64,000 nucleotides of DNA from positions 1-64,000 of the forward strand of contig JBGCEP010000006.1 of assembly GCA_045106415.1 (NCBI GenBank). Direction: 5' to 3'. This stretch comes from Oligoflexales bacterium (GTDB taxonomy: Bacteria > Bdellovibrionota_B > Oligoflexia > Oligoflexales > Bog-1112). Below the pieces are notes generated by a model. It worked only from the letters and a program-made list of their open reading frames with translations. It was not told the origin of the DNA and made no database searches. Both the position numbers and the translations under genes were made by a program. Positions 56,465 through 64,000 of this stretch are shown here, in pieces. Within the stretch, counting starts at the first letter, position 1, and the number at the start of each line of letters is the position of its first letter.

Positions 56465-59400
56465 CTATTTCTCATGTGTTTTTTTGATTGCTAAATATAG
56501 ACATGGCAGAAGAATGAGCGTTAGGCAGGTCGATGAAATGATTCCACCAATAACGACTGTTGCTAAAGGCCTTTGAACTTCTGCGCCCGTTCCTGTGGCT
56601 AGAGCCATTGGTATAAAGCCTAAAGCTGCGACTAAAGCTGTCATTAGCACAGGACGAAGCCGAGATGTTGCACCATCAATAACAGCTGAATAAAGATCTT
56701 TTCCTGAGGCTATTAATTGATTAATGAACGTGATTAAGACTAAACCGTTAAGAACAGCGATGCCAGATAGAGCTATAAATCCAATTCCAGCTGAAATGGA
56801 AAGAGGAATTCCTCTAGCCCAGATTGCAAGTATACCTCCAGTCAGAGCAAGAGGTACGCACGCAAATACGATAAGAGAATCAACGATATTACCAAAGCTT
56901 GTCATTAGTAAGATTAATATGAGAAATAATGCCATAGGAATTACGATTTTTAATTTTTTAACAGCAGATATCATGTGCTCAAATTGACCTCCCCTATTGA
57001 TCCAGTAACTCGGTGGTATTTCCACATTTTTTTCAATTTGTATTTGAGTTTTTTCTATAAAAGACCCTAGGTCTCGCCCTCTAATATTGGTTGTTACGTT
57101 CAGGAGTCTTTTTCCATTTTCTCGACTGATTTGGTTTGGTCCATTTTGGAATTGAATATCAGCAATTTGACCTAAAGGGATATACCCCTTCAAAGAATGA
57201 TTGTCTGTAGAGTTTGTGAAATCTCCATGGTCGGGTATGGAAATAGCAAGATTTTTAAGCGTACTGAGGTCTTCTCTTAATGAGTCGTTAAGTCGGACAA
57301 TAATATCAAAGCGACGATCTCCTTGGTATATTTTCCCCACTTTTTCTCCAGCAAGTGCGGCATGAATAGTATTTTGGACATCTTGTAAGCTCAAACTCAT
57401 GCGTGAAATGACTTGGCGGTTAATGTGGATAGAAAGGGATGGGAGGCCATCGACTTGTTCAATGCGAGTGTCTGAAGATCCGTTGATTTTTTCTAGTTGA
57501 GCCTTAATATCAAGTCCAATAGATTGAAGAATATCCATGTTGTCACCAAATATTTTGACTGCTACGTCAGCTCTAACGCCTGATATCATTTCATTGAAAC
57601 GCATTTGAATGGGCTGAGTGATCTCATAATTATTTCCAGGAGCTTCTTGAATTTTCTTTTCTAATATTTCTACAATATCTTTTTGTGTAGAGAGCCCAGG
57701 AGACCAAGAAGATTTAGGCTTTAAGATGACAAAAGTATCTGCAACGTTTGGAGGCATAGGATCCGAAGCCACCTCAGAAGTACCAATTTTTGAAAAAACG
57801 TGTTGGACTTCTGGAATTTCTAAAATCTTTTTTTCAAGGTATGTTTGCATTTTGGTTGATTGAGTTAGGCTTGTGCCTGGAATTCTTAATGCATGAAGAG
57901 CAATATCGCCTTCGCCTAACTGTGGGATAAATTCTGTGCCCATTTTACAAGCGATGATAAGAGCCATAAGAAAAATGCCACAGGAAAAAGAAATGACTTT
58001 CTTACTTTCGTGAAGTGATGAAATGAGAACTTGTTTATATTTATTTATGATGGTGTTTATAACTTTTGAGTTGTGATGATTATTTTTAGATGGTCTGAGA
58101 AAACAAGCTATGGCAGCAGGAACAAAAGTAACAGATAAGAGCATAGCTGAGATTAAAGCGATAATCACTGTGATAGCCATGGGGTAAAACATTTTCCCTT
58201 CAATTCCAGAGAGGGTGAGTATAGGAAAATAGACAATAGTGATGATCATTTCACCGAACATGGTTGCAGAACGTACTTCTTTTGTTGCGCTAAAAACAGT
58301 ATCCAGACGTTCTCTCAAGGTTAAGTCTGAAGTCGATTTTTGTTGAGCCATATTTAGCCTTGAAATACAGTTCTCAACGATGATGACAGCCCCGTCGACA
58401 ATAAGGCCAAAATCGATAGCTCCTAAACTCATTAAATTCCCACTTATTCTTTGAGTGGCCATCCCAGTGGTTGTCATAAGCATGGAAAGAGGGATGACAG
58501 CTGCTGTGATAAGCGCAGCTCTTAGGTTCCCAAGAAAGATAAATAAAATAAAAATAACAAGAAAAGCTCCTTCTAATAAATTTTTTCGAACAGTTGAGAT
58601 GGTTTTTTCAATAAGAGATGTGCGGTTATAAATTTCAGTGGCCTGGACCCCAGGAGGAAGGGAATGATTAATTTTTTTTAATTGTTCTGAAGAGTCTTTA
58701 GCAACTTTCATACTGTTCTCACCTGTGAGCATGAAAACTGTGCCAATAACTGATTCTTTACCATTATATGTTGCAGATCCAGTTTGTTGCTCTTGTCCGT
58801 AGTGAACTGTAGAGACATTGCTAAGATAGATAGGAGTCCCTTGAAAACTTTTAACAGAAAGGTTCCTAATGTCTTCAAGTGTGGACAACTGACCTGGTGA
58901 TCTCACAAGATATTGTTCACCATTTTTCTCAATATAGCCTGCACCTAAATTATTATTGTTATTTGTAATTGCAATCATAATATCTTGTAGTGTGACGTTA
59001 TAAGCGAGCATTTTTTGAGGATCTGGAGAAACTTGATACTTTCTCTCTGATCCTCCAATGGTGTTAATTTCTGTGACGCCAACTACGTTGACCATTTGTG
59101 GTTTTATAATCCAGTCTTGTATCTCTCGTAAATCTTGGAGAGAGTAAGGTGTGTTGTCATTTTTTTTGGCATTATCATCAACTTGAATGACCCAAGAGAA
59201 AACCTCTCCCAATCCTGTTGAAATAGGGCCCAGGGTTGGGGTGATATGATCTGGTATCTGTTCTTTTACTCTTAGTAATCTTTCACTTACAAGTTGTCGA
59301 GCAAAATAGATGTCTGTGGTTTCATCAAAAATAATCGTGACTTGTGATAGACCATAACGCGATAATGACCGTGTATATTTACGATGAGGAATGCCCGCCA

Positions 59401-59614
59401 TAGCTGTTTCTATCGGAAATGTAATTCGCTGTTCAACTTCTAAGGGTGAATACCCTATTGCTTCACTGTTAATTTGAACTTGAATATTGGATATGTCAGG
59501 GACTGCATTAATAGTTAGATTTTGACTTTGGTATAAACCAATAAATAGAATAAGAGGAATGGAAGATAAAACCAACCATCTTTTTTCCACTGCGAAATGT
59601 AATATTTTTTCCAT
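56465..59614 (-). CDS. czcA: CusA/CzcA-family heavy-metal RND permease
   Basis: AVPDISNIQVQI, GAIDFGLIVDGAVIIVEN, RLRPVLMTALVAALGFIPMA, EVQRPLATVVIGG. Confidence 0.95.
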   Translation of the reverse strand: MEKILHFAVEKRWLVLSSIPLILFIGLYQSQNLTINAVPDISNIQVQINSEAIGYSPLEVEQRITFPIETAMAGIPHRKYTRSLSRYGLSQVTIIFDETTDIYFARQLVSERLLRVKEQIPDHITPTLGPISTGLGEVFSWVIQVDDNAKKNDNTPYSLQDLREIQDWIIKPQMVNVVGVTEINTIGGSERKYQVSPDPQKMLAYNVTLQDIMIAITNNNNNLGAGYIEKNGEQYLVRSPGQLSTLEDIRNLSVKSFQGTPIYLSNVSTVHYGQEQQTGSATYNGKESVIGTVFMLTGENSMKVAKDSSEQLKKINHSLPPGVQATEIYNRTSLIEKTISTVRKNLLEGAFLVIFILFIFLGNLRAALITAAVIPLSMLMTTTGMATQRISGNLMSLGAIDFGLIVDGAVIIVENCISRLNMAQQKSTSDLTLRERLDTVFSATKEVRSATMFGEMIITIVYFPILTLSGIEGKMFYPMAITVIIALISAMLLSVTFVPAAIACFLRPSKNNHHNSKVINTIINKYKQVLISSLHESKKVISFSCGIFLMALIIACKMGTEFIPQLGEGDIALHALRIPGTSLTQSTKMQTYLEKKILEIPEVQHVFSKIGTSEVASDPMPPNVADTFVILKPKSSWSPGLSTQKDIVEILEKKIQEAPGNNYEITQPIQMRFNEMISGVRADVAVKIFGDNMDILQSIGLDIKAQLEKINGSSDTRIEQVDGLPSLSIHINRQVISRMSLSLQDVQNTIHAALAGEKVGKIYQGDRRFDIIVRLNDSLREDLSTLKNLAISIPDHGDFTNSTDNHSLKGYIPLGQIADIQFQNGPNQISRENGKRLLNVTTNIRGRDLGSFIEKTQIQIEKNVEIPPSYWINRGGQFEHMISAVKKLKIVIPMALFLILILLMTSFGNIVDSLIVFACVPLALTGGILAIWARGIPLSISAGIGFIALSGIAVLNGLVLITFINQLIASGKDLYSAVIDGATSRLRPVLMTALVAALGFIPMALATGTGAEVQRPLATVVIGGIISSTCLTLILLPCLYLAIKKTHEK

Positions 59615-59621
59615 ATTTACC

Positions 59622-60611
59622 TCAATGGCTATGGCTAGCTTCAGATTTTAAAAGTTCAGCTTTAAACAAAAAACTCTCTTCTTTAATATATTCTGTATTT
59701 TCTTTAATATTCATGATGGCTGTATACAATCCGTTTGTTTTTTCTTTTTTAATTTCTAATTTCTTGAACTTTCCATCACCTAAATTTATAAATATGACCT
59801 CTTTGTGGCGAATCTTTTGTATAGCGGTATTTTTAATGAGCAAGTATTGTTTTTTTGATCGTAAATGAAGAGTTGCTGATAGGAATAGCCCTGGTTTCCA
59901 TAATTTATTTGTATTCTCTAACGAAACTCTGACAATAATGGATTGAGAATCTTTTGACATTACAGGGTCGAATGTTTCTATCTGAGCATTAAAAATTTTA
60001 TCTTGAATAGGGTGAGTAATTGATATTTTAATAAGATTTTTAAATTTATGGATATACTGATGAGGGACTTGAATATCAGCCCAAACACGACTCAAGTCAG
60101 ATATTTCAAATAAAATTTGACTAGGAGTTGCATACATACCTGCTATTGAATTTTTTTGAATAACAACACCAGAAAATGGAGATATCACATTAAATTCCGA
60201 TAATGTATCACTTGCTGTAATTTTTGCGAGAAGATCACCCTTATTAACAGTGTCACCTAGAACTTTGTATGTTTTTTTGATCACTCCTGGGTATTGAGGA
60301 GATATTGAAGAAGTTTTATATGGGTTTTTACGGATATGACCAAAAATCTTGATGTTTTCATCAAGATAGTCTTTTTTCACTTTTCCCACTTTAATGCCAA
60401 GATTTATGAATGAAGAAGAGCTAATTTGCACATATTCATCATCATGATGTTCGTGATTTTTGTCATGTTCGTGATTTTTGTCATGTTCGTCATTCTGATG
60501 TTCATTTCCAACGACGAAGTTAGAGATAGATAAAAAAGAAAAAAATAGAATAAAAATTATATATGATTTTCTATAAATCAATTTTTCTCCTAAAGGTGAT
60601 ATTTTTCTCAT
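59622..60611 (-). CDS. CzcB-like periplasmic adaptor with a His-rich N-terminus and no alpha-hairpin
   Basis: HDKNHE repeats; lipoyl halves GDTVNKGDLL and SPFSGVV only about 14 aa apart; DLSRVW, WKPGLF; C-terminal HSH. Confidence 0.85.
   Translation of the reverse strand: MRKISPLGEKLIYRKSYIIFILFFSFLSISNFVVGNEHQNDEHDKNHEHDKNHEHHDDEYVQISSSSFINLGIKVGKVKKDYLDENIKIFGHIRKNPYKTSSISPQYPGVIKKTYKVLGDTVNKGDLLAKITASDTLSEFNVISPFSGVVIQKNSIAGMYATPSQILFEISDLSRVWADIQVPHQYIHKFKNLIKISITHPIQDKIFNAQIETFDPVMSKDSQSIIVRVSLENTNKLWKPGLFLSATLHLRSKKQYLLIKNTAIQKIRHKEVIFINLGDGKFKKLEIKKEKTNGLYTAIMNIKENTEYIKEESFLFKAELLKSEASHSH
60447..60490. repeat. 18-bp tandem repeat (about 2.4 copies) encoding the His-rich HDKNHE unit
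   Basis: ATGTTCGTGATTTTTGTC twice, then ATGTTCGT. Confidence 0.9.
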
Positions 60612-62073
60612 TTTGATCTAAAGTACCAATGCCTTTTGACATCATTTTCAATATAATTGTATTTTGGTCTTCATCTATAAATCCTGATGCGACTCTTGTG
60701 TTGTTATCAAGCTCGAGAGCTATCCATCCTGTTTGGATATCAAAACTTCCTCCTGTAATAGAGATTGTCCTATGCCGAAATTTTGACTTGTATACAATGC
60801 TTCCATAGAAAGTATAAGGATTAAAAGGATTTGAAGAATTTAGAATGGAGTCTTTTTTTAAGGTTCCTAGTTCCATATCATATTTTTCTGACTGAAAGAA
60901 ACCCTCAAGGCTAGGTCTATCCTTAATGAGGGAGATAGAATTTTTTTGTAATGAAAATTTGCCATAATCACCATAAAATTTATTATACAAATGTCCTTCT
61001 ATTTTATTATTGTGTAGATGAGTGATATGAATCATGAATGGATTTGCTGCAGAATTCTCAAAAAATAATGATTTTTGAATAGCTTGAGTTGTCTTTTTTT
61101 GAAATTTAAAGGATATCGCCTCATTTTTTTGTGAACTTATAAAAAATAAAGAATTTATACTTAGAAAAGATGCTGATTGATCTTGAAAAGAATGAATATT
61201 TAAAGAAAGATTTTTGTGAATATTATTTCCATTGAGTATAAGTTCTCCAGAATAAATGCCATCTGAAATTTGGATATGTTTGTTATTTTTCTTATGTGTC
61301 ACTAAGTTTTGATTGATTTTTTTTTGCTTTATATCTGGAGTTTCTTTTTTATATAAACAAGGTCCACATTGGATTGAGGAATGATTCTTGATCGTGCAAT
61401 CAACGATATTCCTATTACTAGACAGTGAAAGGGAGGCATCGAAAAAATTATAGTTGCCAGAATTAAAATGTTCAGTAATGCAAAATTGATTTTTTGAACA
61501 AGAGAAACTTCCTGCTTCGCTCATTTGACCAGTAATGGAATAGGAGTAGAAGGGTTCACCTAAAGAAGAAAATCCTTCATCATTTCTATATGCGTAAAGA
61601 TGGAGTCGCCTTTTTTTATTTTTGCATAAACTTTTATATGTCCCAGTAATAGATCCTAATTCATTAATATCATGATTCTTTTGTTGTTGTAACTTTAATT
61701 CTCCAATATAACCATGGGTAGAGGAGTGGGCTTTAGCAACTATTTCACCATTCTTAAATTTTGAGGTGTTAAAAGAAATGTTTTGATCTCTCTCACTGAA
61801 AAGTAAAGTGTTTTCGAGTACGTTATAATATACGTTGTTATAGTGATATGTAAGATATTCGTGAGAATTATCTTCGCCAAAATATATTTTTAGAAAGGCG
61901 TGGATTTTAAGTTTTTTATTTTCGTTTCTAAATGTGACAAATTCAAGTTGAACTTTCTGTTTAGAATTTAATGTGTCGTGATAAAGATACCCATAATATT
62001 TTGAGAATGCTGAAGCATTTGAAATGTGGTTATAGAATAAAATGTTTAAAAAAATAATGCTAATGATTTTCAT
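60571..62073 (-). CDS. Hypothetical exported beta-rich protein with an internal duplication
   Basis: Signal peptide; overlaps both neighbours; two-fold internal similarity; six clustered Cys. Confidence 0.75.
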   Translation of the reverse strand: MKIISIIFLNILFYNHISNASAFSKYYGYLYHDTLNSKQKVQLEFVTFRNENKKLKIHAFLKIYFGEDNSHEYLTYHYNNVYYNVLENTLLFSERDQNISFNTSKFKNGEIVAKAHSSTHGYIGELKLQQQKNHDINELGSITGTYKSLCKNKKRRLHLYAYRNDEGFSSLGEPFYSYSITGQMSEAGSFSCSKNQFCITEHFNSGNYNFFDASLSLSSNRNIVDCTIKNHSSIQCGPCLYKKETPDIKQKKINQNLVTHKKNNKHIQISDGIYSGELILNGNNIHKNLSLNIHSFQDQSASFLSINSLFFISSQKNEAISFKFQKKTTQAIQKSLFFENSAANPFMIHITHLHNNKIEGHLYNKFYGDYGKFSLQKNSISLIKDRPSLEGFFQSEKYDMELGTLKKDSILNSSNPFNPYTFYGSIVYKSKFRHRTISITGGSFDIQTGWIALELDNNTRVASGFIDEDQNTIILKMMSKGIGTLDQNEKNITFRRKIDL

Positions 62074-63316
62074 TTTTCACTCTCACTTTTGAACCTAATG
62101 TTTTTTCTAGCTGAATGCGTTCTGATAGAAAAGAAAATTTCAATTTTTTTGATTTTTTCTGTGATTGTATATAGCGTGAAAGAGCATCTAAAAGATCTGA
62201 AGATGTTTTATATCCTCTTTTGTATTCTTTTTCTATAAAGTTAAAATATGTAAGATTCATATCAATGTTTTTGGATTCAAGATCAATTCTTTTTTCAATT
62301 GTTTTCAATCTTCTATATGAAATTTCAATGTTAGTAATAAGGTCTAGTATGTCTTGTTTTAGTTTTAAGTTGTTTTTTTCATATGTGTATCTATCAATAT
62401 TTTTAGTGTGATTCCCAGAAAAACCAGAGAAGAAATTGAAGTCAAAAGAGATGACAGCCTGTGTTTCGAGTTTTCTTTGGCTATTACTGGCATTAATATA
62501 TCCTGATTTTACTTCAAGGTTAATATCTGGTAACCAGTCATTATAATGTCGTTGTAAATAATAAGAACTTTTCTCTATTTCGTAAGAAGTTAGAATAATT
62601 TGTTCATTTGATTGATAACCTTTATTGATATAGAACATGAGATCTTCTTCAATGTGTTGATGTGTAAGCCTCCCTACAGGTCTGATGTAAGGTCCTATTT
62701 TGTTTCCTAAAAGTCTTTTGATCTCAATTCTGGATTCTTCTAAGTCTTGTTTTAAGCCTTCTAAATCTGATTTTAAAGTAGCATTTTGTGCTTCGAAAAA
62801 CATGACGTCTGCTTTAGAAAAACGCCCTTTACTCATAAGGCTTTTGGCAATTTTAATGTGGGACCTGTTTTGTTTTATAGCATATTCTTGTATATAAATT
62901 AAGTCTTGATAATATGTACTTTTGTGGAATTCAAATTCAACATCAAGGGTTATGTGGAATTTTTTGATTTCATTAATTTTTTTTTGTTTTATGATATTTG
63001 ATTTTTCTATGTCAATATTTCTGTGGTCGTTATTTTTATTGAGAATGTTCTGCTTTAAATAAAGGTAAGATTGACCTTGGGATTGAGAGGAATTTATTAA
63101 ATTTGGCGATTCAGCTTGAATACCGATGGATGGATAAAAAAATGATTCATAATATTTTTTTCTCTCAATAAGTTTTTGAATATCAAATTCAGATGAAGAA
63201 ATTTGATAATTATTATCAATAGCAATGTCTTGAGCATCTTCTAAAGTTAGCTCTGTCTTAGCTTGAGAAAAAATAGCTGTAGATATGAATATATTTATAA
63301 AAATAAAGAATTTCAT
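62060..63316 (-). CDS. TolC-family outer-membrane efflux protein
   Basis: LTLEDAQDIAIDNN, FYPSI, WLPDI, YKRG...DLLDA; AGGAG SD before ATG 63316. Confidence 0.88.
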   Translation of the reverse strand: MKFFIFINIFISTAIFSQAKTELTLEDAQDIAIDNNYQISSSEFDIQKLIERKKYYESFFYPSIGIQAESPNLINSSQSQGQSYLYLKQNILNKNNDHRNIDIEKSNIIKQKKINEIKKFHITLDVEFEFHKSTYYQDLIYIQEYAIKQNRSHIKIAKSLMSKGRFSKADVMFFEAQNATLKSDLEGLKQDLEESRIEIKRLLGNKIGPYIRPVGRLTHQHIEEDLMFYINKGYQSNEQIILTSYEIEKSSYYLQRHYNDWLPDINLEVKSGYINASNSQRKLETQAVISFDFNFFSGFSGNHTKNIDRYTYEKNNLKLKQDILDLITNIEISYRRLKTIEKRIDLESKNIDMNLTYFNFIEKEYKRGYKTSSDLLDALSRYIQSQKKSKKLKFSFLSERIQLEKTLGSKVRVKNENH

Positions 63317-63317
63317 A

Positions 63318-63959
63318 TCACACTCCTGTAATCGAACCATGAACGAATTGATTAGGTGTCCAAATATGATGAGGATTTTCTATTTTAGTAATGACTTCAA
63401 AAGTCTGAGTTTGATCTTTTAATATAGGCGATATGTAAATAATTTTAGAAGAATAAATATTTTTCTTTCCAAGATCTGAGATTTTAATAATCATGTTCTT
63501 TTGTATTTTATTAGAGTATTTATTGTGGATGTTAAATATAGACCACAAATGTTTTAAGTCAGTAATTGTTGCAATGATATCTCCTTTCTGAATCATTTGA
63601 CCTTGTGTAGATGCATTTTCTATGATTGTTCCGTCTAATGGGGATTTGAAGTGAAAGTGATTAAATCCATTGCTTTTTTCAAGAGAGGCAAAGGTTGATC
63701 CTTTTTTTATATAATCTCCCTCTTTGAAATATACGTGAGAAATTATACCTGAATAGTGACTAGAAAGATGAGTTGTGTACTCTTTGTCTGTTGTGATTAA
63801 CCCATAACCTTGAATAGGTGTAATATTGGCTATGATATTCTGAGACCAACTTAAAAATATGAATATTCTTATACAAAAGTCCATAATGCGAAACCCATTT
63901 GTTGAAAATGAATATTTGATTTTTGTATGTTTCTTATAAAATTCATCTGGAGGGAACAA
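63318..63959 (-). CDS. Second, short periplasmic adaptor (lipoyl plus beta-barrel domains only); start uncertain
   Basis: GDYIKKG...KSPLDGTI, DLKHLW, YISP, WTPNQFV; ends before the membrane-proximal domain. Confidence 0.75.
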   Translation of the reverse strand: MFPPDEFYKKHTKIKYSFSTNGFRIMDFCIRIFIFLSWSQNIIANITPIQGYGLITTDKEYTTHLSSHYSGIISHVYFKEGDYIKKGSTFASLEKSNGFNHFHFKSPLDGTIIENASTQGQMIQKGDIIATITDLKHLWSIFNIHNKYSNKIQKNMIIKISDLGKKNIYSSKIIYISPILKDQTQTFEVITKIENPHHIWTPNQFVHGSITGV

Positions 63960-64000
63960 TATATATTTGATGAAAGTTGTGTTTTGAGTTGACCACCATA

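Noticed and set aside
474..62897. Numerous 60-160 aa ORFs nested in or antisense to longer genes (e.g. 809-1114, 23958-24293, 37364-37837, 39528-39872)
   Set aside because: Shadow frames of well-supported genes with no motifs or ribosome-binding sites.
1..64000. CRISPR array, cas genes, prophage or integrase at the tRNA
   Set aside because: No regularly spaced direct repeats, cas or phage structural genes were seen, and no integrase or duplicated tRNA 3' end flanks trnL.

Overview
AT-rich bacterial chromosome segment. Gene content suggests Bdellovibrionota/Oligoflexia or a related former-deltaproteobacterial lineage (inference from the delta-type RpsU, mevalonate plus futalosine genes, a Myxococcus-type Ser/Thr kinase, gliding-type TPR proteins and many exported hydrolases). 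The window opens at the end of an rRNA operon (5S plus terminator). It carries housekeeping genes (rpsU, galE, mvaA-mvk-mqnE, tmk-holB-ricT, rlmN), numerous exported proteases and hydrolases, IS607 and IS630 debris, and ends in an AT-richer CzcCBA-like efflux cluster. Top candidate for a new system: a gasdermin-like protein (8536-9396) whose N-terminal Cys lies in a lipoprotein signal peptide, so it is predicted to be exported. It converges on an exported trypsin-like protease, is flanked by other exported proteins, and has a sigma28-like promoter that recurs upstream of several exported hydrolases. Also notable: a tRNA-Leu(UAA) split by a 219-nt group I intron, MqnE with a degenerate duplicate domain, complementary halves of an IS607 tnpA 22 kb apart in inversion geometry, and two hairpin-less RND adaptors with an unknown duplicated-domain protein inside the efflux operon. 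All family calls come from reading motifs by eye; no database searches were run.
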